A stretch of 64,000 nt of DNA from an uncultured Nitrospirota bacterium (GCA_945786985.1 CALZGC010000160.1:1031-65030); one strand, 5' to 3'; positions 1-10,328 are shown, counted from the first letter of the stretch. The notes: a model not told the origin generated them from the letters alone. Program-made: numbers and translations.

Positions 1-1
1 C

Positions 2-1090
2 TACGTCTTCGCGCGACTGGGCCGCATCGTGGAATCCTCCGGCCACCGGACCGTTCCCTTCTGCCGGTATGTCGGGAACTGCGGCGGCTGCCAGTTTCAA
101 CATATCCACTACCCCGAGCAGCTTCGGATCAAAGAGGAGATCTTCCTCGACCAGATGGCGAGGATTGGCAAACTGCGCGATCTGCCGGCGCCGGAAATGA
201 TCGGTTCGCAGGCCAAACGGATCCGGATGCGCTTTCAGGTGCGGCACGGTGAGATCGGTCTCTTCCAGCGCCGGTCCCATCGGGTCTGCGCCATCCACGC
301 CTGTGCCGTTGCAGCCGATGGGGTCAACCAAGGCCTGAGGAAATTGCGGGAGGCCCTCTCCGGGCTTGCCGGGCGCGAGGCGCTCAATGGAACCATCACC
401 GTCCTCGCTCCGCCGGACGAAGTGCATGTGGCCGCGGATCTATCGCTGCGGCCCGCCCGGCAGCTCGGCGACCGGCTTCAGGACACGATCGGAGGATACT
501 CCGTGCTGGATCGGGGACGGTGGTACAGCTCTGGCCATCGGTATCTGATCCTGCCGGTACAGGGGATAGGGCTTCACGTGTCGGCCGATCTCTTTGTGCA
601 GGCCAATCCTGAAATCAACGAAGCCATGGTGCAAAGGACGGCGGCTTTCATGGGCGGCAGGGCGCGGGTCGCGGATCTGTATGCCGGCTGCGGAAACGTC
701 ACGCTTCCGCTGGCGAAAAGCTGCGGGGAGGTCGTGGGGATCGAGAGGAACCCGCGGGCCGTCGCGGCGGCTCGAAGAACCGCTGAGCTCGAGGGGATCG
801 CCAACGTTTCATTTCGATGCGCCGATGCCGCCGATTCCAACCTGAAGGGTGTTCAGGGGGTGGTGGTCGATCCCCCCCGCTCGGGCCTAGCCGCCGGGGT
901 GCTCCGCCGCATCGTCCGGGCCGCGCCCCGGCGCATCGCCTATATCTCGTGCAATCCCTCCACCCTGGCCCGCGACCTACGCTCGCTGACGGCGGCGGAC
1001 TATCGGATTCATGCCATGAGCCTCTTTGACATGTTTCCCCAGACCCACCACATCGAATCGGTTACTCTGCTGGCCCATCAAAGATCCTGA
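2..1090 (+). CDS. rlmD: 23S rRNA (uracil-5-)-methyltransferase RlmD/RumA family, 5' partial (window starts inside the gene; TRAM domain missing)
   Basis: Fe-S motif CRYVGNCGGCQFQH; SAM-methyltransferase motifs (LYAGCGN, DPPRSG); the frame is open from the window edge. Confidence 0.8.
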   Translation, partial: YVFARLGRIVESSGHRTVPFCRYVGNCGGCQFQHIHYPEQLRIKEEIFLDQMARIGKLRDLPAPEMIGSQAKRIRMRFQVRHGEIGLFQRRSHRVCAIHACAVAADGVNQGLRKLREALSGLAGREALNGTITVLAPPDEVHVAADLSLRPARQLGDRLQDTIGGYSVLDRGRWYSSGHRYLILPVQGIGLHVSADLFVQANPEINEAMVQRTAAFMGGRARVADLYAGCGNVTLPLAKSCGEVVGIERNPRAVAAARRTAELEGIANVSFRCADAADSNLKGVQGVVVDPPRSGLAAGVLRRIVRAAPRRIAYISCNPSTLARDLRSLTAADYRIHAMSLFDMFPQTHHIESVTLLAHQRS

Positions 1091-2315
1091 CCGAGCCGTA
1101 GACGCCGTCGTAGCCGGGGGAGATGTGAAGCTGCCCTTGCCGCACCCGCCGGATTGCCTCGGCGAGCCGCGGTGACTGGGTGGCTTCAATGGCTTCCAGA
1201 GGTGCTTCGGTCAGCACCGTGAATTCATCGCCAAGCACGGAGAGGACGCGCAGGTATGCCTGCTGCACCCGTTTGCTGGAAACACCGACCCCCAGGACTT
1301 CCGAAAGGACTTCCTGCAGCGGGACGAGGTGCAGCGTGCGTTTGCCGAAGGAGGGAGCATCGATCGCAGCGCGGTCCGCCAGTGCCTCGAGCCGGTGCAG
1401 GACACCCACGACGATCTTCTTTCCGCAGGTAGGGCAGCGCCCGTTGTGCTTGCGGGTCTCCGCCGGGGTGGTTCGAATGCCGCACGCGCGGTGGCCGTCG
1501 CAATGGTATTTGCCCTCCTCCGGGAAATACTCGATGGTGCCGAGAAAGCCCTTGTTCTTTCGATCCGCCCGCAGTGCTTCGCGCAGCGCCGGGTATGACA
1601 GTTCCATGTTCAGCAGATTGGCCTCCCGCATGAGCCGGGCCGGGGAATGGGCGTCGGAGTTTGAAACCAGGGTCAAACGGTCAAGGTGCGAGAGACGTCG
1701 GTTCATGGGGGGATCGGAGGAGAGCCCCGTCTCCACAGCCACGATTTCCGAGGCCAGAGGGCCGAAGCACGCCTCCACGGTGTCAAAGGCGGAGAATGCT
1801 CCAAAGAGGGAGTAGTGGGGCGTCCAGACATGGGCTGGGATCAGTATGTTTTCGTCCGACGCGTCGAGCACGATCTGCAGAAGGTCCCGGCTGTCCAGCT
1901 TGAGAATGGGCCGGCCATCGGAGCCGAGGTTCGCGATGCTGGACAGGGCCCTGTGGATCCGCCGAACGGCCCCCAGATCCCGCGCGAGAATGAGATGATG
2001 GACCCTGCGGGTTTTTCCCGCGCGGGTATAAATACAGGAGACCTCGCCCGAAAGCACGAAGCGAACCGATTTTCTGCAGGCCTCGGGGACAGCTTCCGCG
2101 GTGCGATGGCACCGTTTCAGCCGGTACAATCCCGCCTCCGCCGGGACGAGTTTTCTCCGGAGCTCAGCCAGCCACGCGGGATGGATGAAATCACCCGTTC
2201 CGATGAGCGTGATCCCCTTGAGCTGCGCCCATCGGAACAGGTTTTCCAGGGTCATGGCCGGACTGGTGGATAGGGAGAAGGGAGAGTGGAGATGGAGGTC
2301 GGCCACCAGTGTCAT
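1062..2315 (-). CDS. PHP-domain protein, endonuclease Q-like (TIGR00375-type)
   Basis: N-terminal DLHLHSPFS PHP metal motif; C-terminal zinc-finger-like CDGHRACG...CPTCGKK; about 417 aa as in EndoQ; 28-nt convergent overlap with rlmD. Confidence 0.5.
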   Translation of the reverse strand: MTLVADLHLHSPFSLSTSPAMTLENLFRWAQLKGITLIGTGDFIHPAWLAELRRKLVPAEAGLYRLKRCHRTAEAVPEACRKSVRFVLSGEVSCIYTRAGKTRRVHHLILARDLGAVRRIHRALSSIANLGSDGRPILKLDSRDLLQIVLDASDENILIPAHVWTPHYSLFGAFSAFDTVEACFGPLASEIVAVETGLSSDPPMNRRLSHLDRLTLVSNSDAHSPARLMREANLLNMELSYPALREALRADRKNKGFLGTIEYFPEEGKYHCDGHRACGIRTTPAETRKHNGRCPTCGKKIVVGVLHRLEALADRAAIDAPSFGKRTLHLVPLQEVLSEVLGVGVSSKRVQQAYLRVLSVLGDEFTVLTEAPLEAIEATQSPRLAEAIRRVRQGQLHISPGYDGVYGSVRIFDGPAE

Positions 2316-2382
2316 GGATCGGACGCTCTGCAGGTCGATGGGCCGCCTGCTTGTAATCGGTCAGGTTTTGCGGCCGCAGGCA

Positions 2383-3495
2383 TCAGGGGTTTGCGGCAGC
2401 TTGCAGCGGACTCACAATGCGGCGGTAATAGGCCAGCAGAAGACAGGTCATGGGAAGTGCGATGATCAGCCCCAGGACGCCCAGTAACTTTCCCCAGATC
2501 GACAGGGAGAGCAGGATCATGGCCGGGCTGAGTCCCGTGACCTGCCCCATGATCCGAGGCACCAGCAGGCCGTCCTGAATCAGCTGCGCCACCACGAAGA
2601 CCAGCCCCGTCAATCCGAGCACCATCCAGAAGCTGTTCCCCGTTTCGACGGCATGCACACCGGCCACCAGGACTGCCGGGATAAGGCCGAGGAGCTGGAG
2701 ATAGGGCACCATGTTTAGAAGCCCGATGAAAAGACCCAGTAGAATGCCGAGGGGGAGCCCGATGAGGAAGAACCCGACGGCAAAGATCACACCCACGATG
2801 GAGGCCACCGCCGCCTGGGCCCGAAAGTAGCGATTCATGGCCGCATCGAACTCGGTGACGAAGTCGACGACCGCCTCCCGGTAGGGCGGGGGGATGAGTT
2901 CTTTCCAACCCTGGCGGATTCGATGGTAGTCGAGCAACAGAAAGACGAGGTAGAGAATGATGATAACCACCCCGACCAGGCCCAGCACAAAACTCGCGGT
3001 CCCGGTGATGAGCCCCCAGACACCGGGCAGTACCTTTCGTGCAATGACCTCCAGGACCTTCCAGATATTGTCTGCATTAAACAGCTCCTGCACCTCCCGC
3101 CGGCCCGCAATCTCCTTGACTGCCTGCCAGAGATCCGGGGGCAGGCGCTTGGCCGCCTGTGCCGCCATATCGGAGTTGTTCACCAGATTTGAGAGCACCT
3201 TGCCCGTGTGAGAGACTTCCTCCACGATCAGGGGCGCTACCAGCCAGCCCACCAGCGTGGCGGCAGTGAGTACGTTCAGGAGGCTGATGAACACAGCGGC
3301 CACCCGGTTTCTGATTTTCTTCTGGACGACGACCACCAGGGGATTGATCAGATAGGCCAGCAGCAGCGCGACGGCAAAGGGAATGAGGACGTCGCTCAGA
3401 TACTTCATCAACCAGACGAGCGCCCAGATGACGCCCACCAGGAAGCCGATGCGCACGACCCGATCGAGAGTGAACGGTTTGGAATATAGATCCAT
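2383..3495 (-). CDS. AI-2E family transporter (PerM/UPF0118)
   Basis: about 8 TM helices, typical AI-2E hydrophobic architecture and length (370 aa). Confidence 0.75.
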   Translation of the reverse strand: MDLYSKPFTLDRVVRIGFLVGVIWALVWLMKYLSDVLIPFAVALLLAYLINPLVVVVQKKIRNRVAAVFISLLNVLTAATLVGWLVAPLIVEEVSHTGKVLSNLVNNSDMAAQAAKRLPPDLWQAVKEIAGRREVQELFNADNIWKVLEVIARKVLPGVWGLITGTASFVLGLVGVVIIILYLVFLLLDYHRIRQGWKELIPPPYREAVVDFVTEFDAAMNRYFRAQAAVASIVGVIFAVGFFLIGLPLGILLGLFIGLLNMVPYLQLLGLIPAVLVAGVHAVETGNSFWMVLGLTGLVFVVAQLIQDGLLVPRIMGQVTGLSPAMILLSLSIWGKLLGVLGLIIALPMTCLLLAYYRRIVSPLQAAANP

Positions 3496-3801
3496 CCGGT
3501 TATCGTTCCGTATGTAGACACGCGCCTACGCGGTCTGCGATGATGTCCGTGAATGGGGGCATCGCGGTGATCCCGCACTACGTATATGCCGAATCCCCAT
3601 ATTTGTCAATACGATAGTCGTCCGGTTGACCATCGCGGCGCGCAGGTCCGGGTCTCTGTAGCGGGACGGGATGGTCGTGTTTTGGCGCCCAGGGGCCGCC
3701 GCAAATGACAGAAATGGGGGAGTCAAGTATAGTGTAACGACAGGCTGTGAGGCGTGATCGCGTCGCCAGCCTCGGAAGGCCAGCTAGATCCTGTCAATGG
3801 A

Positions 3802-4731
3802 ATGAGCAGCCAGAAAGGGGGATCGCCCGTGTCTCAGCAACTCCTACGCCGCGTGGGTTACCGCGTGGTCGCCGTTATTCTTCTGGGGCTCAGCCTTTAT
3901 GCCTTTACCTCGCGCTCGTCTCTGCAGTTGCCGGCGGCCCACAGGGAAGGCCGCATTCTGCGCGTCGCTGACGGATCGCTGGTCACCCTGCCGGCCATTG
4001 TGGAAGACCTCAAGAGCGTGTCCCTGGTTTTCGTCGGCGAGCTGCACGACCAGGCGTCGCATCACTGGGCCCAACTGGAAGTCATCCGGGCGCTGGCGGA
4101 TTCGGGGAAGCAGGTGGCCGTTGGCATCGAGATGTTCGAGGCTGAGAACCAGCACGATCTGGACCGCTGGGTTCGGGGGGAAATCCCGTCGGAGAAGTTC
4201 CGATGGGTCTACCTGGAGAACTGGAATCAGCCCTGGCGGCTCTACAGGGACATTTTTCTCTTCTCCCGGGAGTCGGGGATGCCGATCGTGGGGCTGAACA
4301 TCTCCCCATCCATTGTAAGGCAGGTGGCCCGCAGGGGGTTTGCCTCGCTGACCCCGGAGCAGATGCAACATCTTCCCCCGTTGAGCTGCAATGTGGATGA
4401 GGTCTATCAGGAGTTCATCCGGCGTGCCCTGGGGATTCCGGAGAAGAAGGGGCTCGTCTTTCAGTATTTTTGTGAAGCCCAGCTGCTCTGGGACAGCGCT
4501 ATGGCCTGGCACGCGCTGGGGTTCCTCAAGGCGAATCCGGATTTCACGCTGGTGGTGCTCGCCGGGAGCGGGCACTCCTGGAAGCGGGCTATTCCGGAGC
4601 AGGTCCGGCGCCACTCTGATCTTAAATACCGGGTCATCCTCCCTGAAATGCCCCGCCTGGAGCGAGCCACGGTGACCACGGGCGACACCGACTATCTCTG
4701 GCTCGACCTGCCGCTGGAGTCTTCATCCTAG
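3802..4731 (+). CDS. ChaN-family (heme-binding / Tiki-like, PF04187) lipoprotein
   Basis: signal/TM segment then ChaN-like core (GELHDQASHHW, GIEMFEAENQ); the longer ORF begins at 3754. Confidence 0.6.
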   Translation: MSSQKGGSPVSQQLLRRVGYRVVAVILLGLSLYAFTSRSSLQLPAAHREGRILRVADGSLVTLPAIVEDLKSVSLVFVGELHDQASHHWAQLEVIRALADSGKQVAVGIEMFEAENQHDLDRWVRGEIPSEKFRWVYLENWNQPWRLYRDIFLFSRESGMPIVGLNISPSIVRQVARRGFASLTPEQMQHLPPLSCNVDEVYQEFIRRALGIPEKKGLVFQYFCEAQLLWDSAMAWHALGFLKANPDFTLVVLAGSGHSWKRAIPEQVRRHSDLKYRVILPEMPRLERATVTTGDTDYLWLDLPLESSS

Positions 4732-4953
4732 CCCGAATATTGCATGAGTCAATCTATTACGAGGCCGGACTTGTCACGGCGTAGCATTCTGCGAAGACGG
4801 ATAGTCTGCCACATGCGGCGTTGCACAAGATTTTCTGACTTCGAAATATTTCATTTCAATATGTCTTCAGCCAGAGAATCTTATGCGCCTTGCCTGTGGC
4901 GCCTCTAGGAGCTGAGGGGCCTCTCATGACGATCACTCATGCAATATCCGGGC
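4732..4953 (+). mobile_element. MITE-like element, copy A (full length, about 222 bp) with about 18-bp terminal inverted repeats CCCGAATATTGCATGAGT ... ACTCATGCAATATCCGGGC
   Basis: TIRs are read directly; the internal module is shared with copies C, F and E2; intergenic between the ChaN gene and the zinc-ribbon ORF. Confidence 0.85.
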
Positions 4954-5040
4954 TTGCCAAAATTCGCGGGAAGGTTCCGGTAACTGCCCTTGTCTCCGGG
5001 CCCCGGTGCTGGCGGGCAGGCCCGCTCCGGACGCACCCGC

Positions 5041-5523
5041 CTATCTTTCCCAATATACCCGCAGGTTCTTCTCCCCATCGCCGTACTGAAAGCGATAGTC
5101 CCCTTTGTACGAACGAGAGAGGGCTTCGCCGATTCTACGGGCAATATGAATTCCCGTGGTGGTCACGAGGGTGTGGTTGTCTTCATCGCTGATCGCCATG
5201 ATCCTCTCCAAAGGGTGGTCGGTCTTTTCCATCTCTTCCACGTTGCGGATCAGGTTTTCAATCTCCTCGCGGTGGGCGCTGAAGAACTCGCCGGCCAGCT
5301 GAATTGTGGCCGCGGGATAGCGGTCGGCCGTGCGGCGGCAGGCCGGGCAGATCGCCTTGTGTGCGTTTTTCTCGGGTGGGTTCCACGACCAACGGCCGTT
5401 CGCAAACACGGCACTGCATTCGGTGCAGCGTGTCGGCTGCGGCGGTTTTTCCCTTTCCCGGTAAGTGTCGTGCCGTCTTTCCAGTATCAGCCTGTCTTTG
5501 CGGCCATGCGTGCTTCTGTCCAT
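5041..5523 (-). CDS. conserved hypothetical zinc-ribbon protein
   Basis: CTEC...CPAC four-cysteine ribbon near the N-terminus; C-terminal YGDGEKNLRVYWER; family not recognised. Confidence 0.45.
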   Translation of the reverse strand: MDRSTHGRKDRLILERRHDTYREREKPPQPTRCTECSAVFANGRWSWNPPEKNAHKAICPACRRTADRYPAATIQLAGEFFSAHREEIENLIRNVEEMEKTDHPLERIMAISDEDNHTLVTTTGIHIARRIGEALSRSYKGDYRFQYGDGEKNLRVYWER

Positions 5524-5808
5524 CTCGCTCCTCCTGAACCCTCTCGCTGCCGCCTCCAGCCTCGCAACGGCTCACAGCATCCGGCTTTCCTGATGACCAA
5601 CAGAGTGCTCGCCGGGAATTGTAGATCCATCCAGTCATAATCATACCCGAGAAATGTCATCTTTGCATCTACCTCGGGAATCGACGAAAGGGCCCGGCCG
5701 CACGGGGGAAGAGCCGCAGCCGGCTTTTCGGTTGCCATGCCCGGACAAATTCGATATGCTCACAAAATTTCTTTTTTGTTTGTGCGAACGAGGTGAAACG
5801 AGGCAGAG

Positions 5809-6912
5809 ATGATTCTGGGGATCGTGGGGCTTCCCAATTGCGGCAAAACAGCGCTATTTAACGCATTGACCGGCGGTAGTGCCGACGTGGCTTCCTATGC
5901 GCAGAGCGGTGCCGAGCCGAATGTGGGGACGGTGAAGGTCCCCGATTTTCGGGTGGACCGCTTGAGCGAAATCTTCAAGCCGAAAAAGACCATTCACGCA
6001 ACCGTGGAGGTCATTGATCTTCCCGGACTTCCCCGGGGCAGTGTTGCCGACGGCGCCCGGGTCACCGATTTTCTGAAGCGGGTCCGGGAGGTGGATGCCC
6101 TGGTCCATGTGGTGCGGGCCTTTACCGACGAGAGCGTTCCCCATCCCTCCGGTTCGGTGGATCCGGTGCGGGATCTTCAGGATCTCGAAACGGAGCTGAT
6201 GCTCAGCGATCTGGGGATTATTGAAAAGCGTCTTGAGCGACTCGACGCGGCGCTCAAAAAAGGGGTGGAGCGTGCCAGGCATGAGGCGGAACAGAAGACG
6301 CTGTTTCGTTTCCGGGAGGCTCTGGAGGATGAGCAGCCGCTCCGTGCGCTGTCCATCTCGGCGGACGAGGAAAAGATGATTCGGGGCTACCGGTTTCTGA
6401 CCCTCCTGCCCGTCATTGTGGTGCTCAATATCCACGAGGGTGCCTTCGGATCTGCAGAGACGGAAGCACTGCTCGGCAAGTTTCGGGAGCTCTGCAGTGT
6501 TGCGACCCGTACCCGTGCCGTCGTGCTCTCGGCCAAGATCGAAATGGAAATGGCCCAACTCCCTCGGGAGGAGGCGAAACTCTTCCTCGAGGATCTCGGG
6601 ATTGGAGTATCGGCCATGGAGCTTCTGGTCCGGACGTGCTATGACCTGCTCGGTTTGATCGCCTTTCTCACCGTGGGGGAGGACGAAGTGCGGGCCTGGA
6701 CCCTCCGCGGCGAAACTCCGGCTCTGCGGGCCGCCGGGGTGATCCACTCCGATATTGAGCGGGGCTTTATCAAGGCCGAGGTCATCGGCTATGATGCTTT
6801 CATCGAGGCCGGTTCCCTTACAGGCGGGCGCGAAAAGGGCACCCTCCGGCTGGAGGGCAAAGAGTACACCGTGGCGGACGGAGACATCATCAACTTCAAG
6901 TTCAACGTCTGA
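5809..6912 (+). CDS. ychF: ribosome-binding ATPase YchF (Obg-like GTPase family)
   Basis: GIVGLPNCGKTALFNALT P-loop; TGS-like C-terminus ...GDIINFKFNV. Confidence 0.95.
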   Translation: MILGIVGLPNCGKTALFNALTGGSADVASYAQSGAEPNVGTVKVPDFRVDRLSEIFKPKKTIHATVEVIDLPGLPRGSVADGARVTDFLKRVREVDALVHVVRAFTDESVPHPSGSVDPVRDLQDLETELMLSDLGIIEKRLERLDAALKKGVERARHEAEQKTLFRFREALEDEQPLRALSISADEEKMIRGYRFLTLLPVIVVLNIHEGAFGSAETEALLGKFRELCSVATRTRAVVLSAKIEMEMAQLPREEAKLFLEDLGIGVSAMELLVRTCYDLLGLIAFLTVGEDEVRAWTLRGETPALRAAGVIHSDIERGFIKAEVIGYDAFIEAGSLTGGREKGTLRLEGKEYTVADGDIINFKFNV

Positions 6913-6952
6913 CCGCCCGGCGGATCGGGCACAACCGAAGAGAGGAGATGGA

Positions 6953-8770
6953 ATGCGTGAAAACCTGGAAACGGTCAACTGGGATTTAAGCCGTCTCTAC
7001 AAGGCGCCGTCGGATCCGGCCATCGACAAGGACCTGCATGACGCCCGGGAGCAGGTTCGCGAATTTCGCGAGCGCTATTACGACAAGCTCATCGCCGAAG
7101 AGCTAACCGCCGCCGAACTGCACCACGCGGTGGCGGCGCTCGAAGACCTCCAGGACAGAGTGCTCAAGACGTACTGGTACGCGCAGCTTCTATTCTCTGC
7201 GGACACCGAGAGGGACGCCCACAAGGCCCTCCTGCAGAGAATCCGGGAGTTCTTCACGGCGCTGCGTCATGAGATTCTCTTTTTTGACCTGGAGGTCATC
7301 GCCATCCCGGATGAACGTTTTGAGAAGCTCCTGGCGGACCCGCTCCTCTCAGGGTATCGGCACTATCTGCAGCATGTGCGGGTGTTCAAACCCCACACCC
7401 TTTCAGAGCAAGAGGAGCAGCTCGTCAATCTCAAGGACCTGACCGGGAAGAACGCGTTCGTCCAACTCTTCGAGGAGCTCACGGCCTCGTTCCGCTACCG
7501 GCTTGATCTGGAAGGTGAGGAACGGGACTACACAGGCGAAGAACTCCTGGCCATGCTGCACCGGCCCGAGGCCGACATCCGGGAGCGGGCCTTTTCGGCC
7601 TTTCTGGAGAGACACGGAGAGCACGCCCTGGTGCTCTCGTCCGTTTTCAACAATATTCTGCTCGACCATGGCGGGGAATGCCGGCTGCGGGGCTATGAGC
7701 AGCCCATTGCCGCCACCCATCTGACCAACGAGCTCACCCATGAGGCCATTGAAGGGATGATGCAGGTCAGCGAGGAGAACTACGGCCTCGCCCAGGAGTA
7801 CTTCCGGCTCAAGGCGCAGCTGCTGGACCTTCCGAAACTCAAGAACTCCGATGTCTACGCGCCGGTGGCCCAGGAGACGCGGGTGGTGCCCTTCCCGGAA
7901 GCCAGGGATCTCGTTTTGCGGGCCTACCGGTCCTTCAGTCCGGTGCTCGGAGAGATGGCGGAGGCCTTTTTTACGGAGTCCCGCATCGATGCCTCGGTGC
8001 GGCCCGGAAAGACGGGCGGAGCCTTCTGTGCGGGACTGACGCCCACTCTGCCACCCTATGTGCTGATGAACTACACAGGGACCCTGCGCGATGTGGCCAC
8101 CCTGGCCCATGAACTGGGCCACGGCATTCATTTTACCCTTTCCGGAAAGCAGCGCCTCGTCAACTATAATGCCGTGCTCCCCATGGCGGAGACGGCCTCC
8201 GTCTTCGGGGAGATGCTGCTCACGACCCAGCTGCTTTCGGAAGAGCAGGATCCCCGGGTACGCATGGCCTTTCTCTGTGCGAAGATCGAGGACGTCATTG
8301 CGACCACCTTCCGCCAGAATGTGCTGACGCGCTTCGAGCTCAAGGCACACGATGCCCGTGGGAAAGCGCTGCTGACGCCCGAAACTTTCTGTGATCTGTG
8401 GTGGGAGGAGAACGCCAGGCTCTATGGCGATGCCGTCACCATGATTCCCCCTTACCGCTGGGGTTGGAGCTATATCAGCCACTTCATCCATTCCCGTTTT
8501 TACTGCTACAGTTATGTTTTCGGGGAGCTGTTGGTCCTGGCCCTCTTTCAGCAATATCGGCAGGATCGGGAGGCCTTTGTGCCGCGCTACCTGGAGCTGC
8601 TCTCCGCGGGGGGGGGCGACAGCCCGCCCAACCTCCTGGCCCGCATGGGGATCGATGTGAACGACCGTGACTTCTGGCAGAAGGGGTACAGTTTTGTGCG
8701 GGACCTCGTGGGCCAGCTGAGCTCTTTGATCACCGAAGTAGACGGAGCAAACCATGGCGGAACTCGATGA
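6953..8770 (+). CDS. pepF: oligoendopeptidase F (M3B family)
   Basis: HELGHGIH zinc motif; M3 architecture; the start is chosen at ATG 6953 behind AGAGGAG (the longer ORF from 6755 overlaps the ychF end). Confidence 0.85.
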   Translation: MRENLETVNWDLSRLYKAPSDPAIDKDLHDAREQVREFRERYYDKLIAEELTAAELHHAVAALEDLQDRVLKTYWYAQLLFSADTERDAHKALLQRIREFFTALRHEILFFDLEVIAIPDERFEKLLADPLLSGYRHYLQHVRVFKPHTLSEQEEQLVNLKDLTGKNAFVQLFEELTASFRYRLDLEGEERDYTGEELLAMLHRPEADIRERAFSAFLERHGEHALVLSSVFNNILLDHGGECRLRGYEQPIAATHLTNELTHEAIEGMMQVSEENYGLAQEYFRLKAQLLDLPKLKNSDVYAPVAQETRVVPFPEARDLVLRAYRSFSPVLGEMAEAFFTESRIDASVRPGKTGGAFCAGLTPTLPPYVLMNYTGTLRDVATLAHELGHGIHFTLSGKQRLVNYNAVLPMAETASVFGEMLLTTQLLSEEQDPRVRMAFLCAKIEDVIATTFRQNVLTRFELKAHDARGKALLTPETFCDLWWEENARLYGDAVTMIPPYRWGWSYISHFIHSRFYCYSYVFGELLVLALFQQYRQDREAFVPRYLELLSAGGGDSPPNLLARMGIDVNDRDFWQKGYSFVRDLVGQLSSLITEVDGANHGGTR

Positions 8771-10130
8771 GAAGCGTCTGAACAGCTATGTACGGCGCGC
8801 GCGCAAACCCTTTGAGACGATGCTACGACGTCTCGTGGAAATCCCATCGGTCAGTGCGGACGCGGCCCACAAGAAGGATGTCGAAGCGGCCGCGATACTG
8901 GCCTCGGGCATGCTGAAGGAGGCGGGCGCGAATGTCAAGCGACTGGAAACACCGGGACACCCGCTGGTGATCGGACGCCTCGGCGAGGACCCCGCCCATC
9001 CCACCGTTCTGCTTTACAACCACCTCGATGTGCAGCCCGCGGAGAAGGAGGGCTGGGAGTCGGACCCCTTTGAGCTGGCCGTCAAGAAGGGACGGTATAT
9101 GGGGAGGGGGACCACCGACGATAAGGGGCCCGCGCTCACCGCGTTCCTCGCTGCACAGCATGCCCGGGCGGTCGGTATTCCGTTGAATTTCTGTTTTGTC
9201 TGGGAATTTGAAGAAGAGATGGGCAGCCCCCACTTCGACAAGGCCCTCCGCGCTGAAAAGGAGTTTCTGCAAACCGATTCGATCCTGGTTTCTGACACGG
9301 TCTGGATCTCCCGGAGCAAACCGGCCATCCCCTTCGGGATCCGGGGACTTCTGACGGCCACCCTCTCTATCGAAACGGGATCGCGCGACGCCCACTCGGG
9401 ACTCGTCGGCGGCGCCGCACGCAATCCGCTGGGGGAACTCTGCAGACTGATCTCCCAGTGTTACGATGCCGCCACGGGAGAGGTGAAGATCCCCGGATTC
9501 TATGACGGCATCCTGATCCCCGGTCAGGAAGAGATCGACGGGTTTCTGGAGTCGGGTTTCACCATTACGGGATTCAAGAAAGCCCACGGGTTGAAGCGGC
9601 TGCGCTTTTCAGAAACGGACGCCGTTCTAAAGGCCATCTGGTCCCGACCGACCTTTGAGGTCCATGGATTGAGCGGGGGCTACACCGGTGAGGGGGTGAA
9701 AACCATCGTGCCGCCGCAGGCGGAGGCCAAAGTCAGTATGCGGCTCGTGCCGCGCCAGGAGCCCAAGCAAATCTTTGCCCGGCTCCGGGATTTTTGCAAA
9801 GCACAAAACGGGGATGTCAAGGTGACACTGGAGGCAATGCTAGACCCGTACCTGGCGTCTGCCAAGGGGGAGCATATGGAGGCGGCCGTGGAGGCGATGG
9901 TCTTCGGGTTCCAGACGAAGCCGGCCCTCGTTCGGGAGGGCGGGTCCATCGGGGCGGTGGTCAGCCTGAACCGTTTGCTCAATGCCCCTGTGGTTTTCCT
10001 GGGGCTCTCGCTTCCTGAACACGGATACCATGCGCCCAATGAATATTTTGAGTGGCGGCAGGTTCAGGGCGGTATCCGAACATTCGTGTTCTACTTCGAT
10101 CGCATCAGCCGAATCCGTCCCCTCGGATGA
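8754..10130 (+). CDS. M20 family metallopeptidase (ArgE/DapE/CPG2-like dipeptidase)
   Basis: M20 catalytic and dimerisation domain motifs (HLDVQP, GRGTTDDKGP, EEEMGS). Confidence 0.8.
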   Translation: MAELDEKRLNSYVRRARKPFETMLRRLVEIPSVSADAAHKKDVEAAAILASGMLKEAGANVKRLETPGHPLVIGRLGEDPAHPTVLLYNHLDVQPAEKEGWESDPFELAVKKGRYMGRGTTDDKGPALTAFLAAQHARAVGIPLNFCFVWEFEEEMGSPHFDKALRAEKEFLQTDSILVSDTVWISRSKPAIPFGIRGLLTATLSIETGSRDAHSGLVGGAARNPLGELCRLISQCYDAATGEVKIPGFYDGILIPGQEEIDGFLESGFTITGFKKAHGLKRLRFSETDAVLKAIWSRPTFEVHGLSGGYTGEGVKTIVPPQAEAKVSMRLVPRQEPKQIFARLRDFCKAQNGDVKVTLEAMLDPYLASAKGEHMEAAVEAMVFGFQTKPALVREGGSIGAVVSLNRLLNAPVVFLGLSLPEHGYHAPNEYFEWRQVQGGIRTFVFYFDRISRIRPLG

Positions 10131-10145
10131 GGTGTCTGGCCCGGG

Positions 10146-10283
10146 CTAGCGCTGGACGATGAGAGGAGCTTGATCCGCATCCCTGCGCCGGGAGGCGAGG
10201 GTGACCACGTCGGACTTCTTGCCCTGAAGTTTTTTCCGTTTGCGTTCCCGACGGGCCTTGCGTTTTTTCGTATTCGATGCCAT
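10146..10283 (-). CDS. small highly basic protein (45 aa, MASNTKKRKARRERKRKKLQGKKSDVVTLASRRRDADQAPLIVQR)
   Basis: strong RBS GAAGGAG 7 nt upstream of the ATG; sits 45 nt downstream of acyP in the same orientation; below the 60-aa cutoff of the ORF track. Confidence 0.4.
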   Translation of the reverse strand: MASNTKKRKARRERKRKKLQGKKSDVVTLASRRRDADQAPLIVQR

Positions 10284-10328
10284 GATGGACTCCTTCTTCA
10301 TTTTCTCTCTGTTGGTGGGCCGAAGAAT

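Noticed and set aside
4890-5192. ORFs translating to ...MTITHAISG... or ...SHDDHACNIRAS... (also 11340-11660, 24830-25257, 33430-33642)
   Set aside because: These are read-through translations of the MITE terminal repeats in various frames, not genes.
5854-6978. 374-aa minus-strand ORF
   Set aside because: Antisense to ychF/pepF. The ychF call is supported by P-loop motifs.
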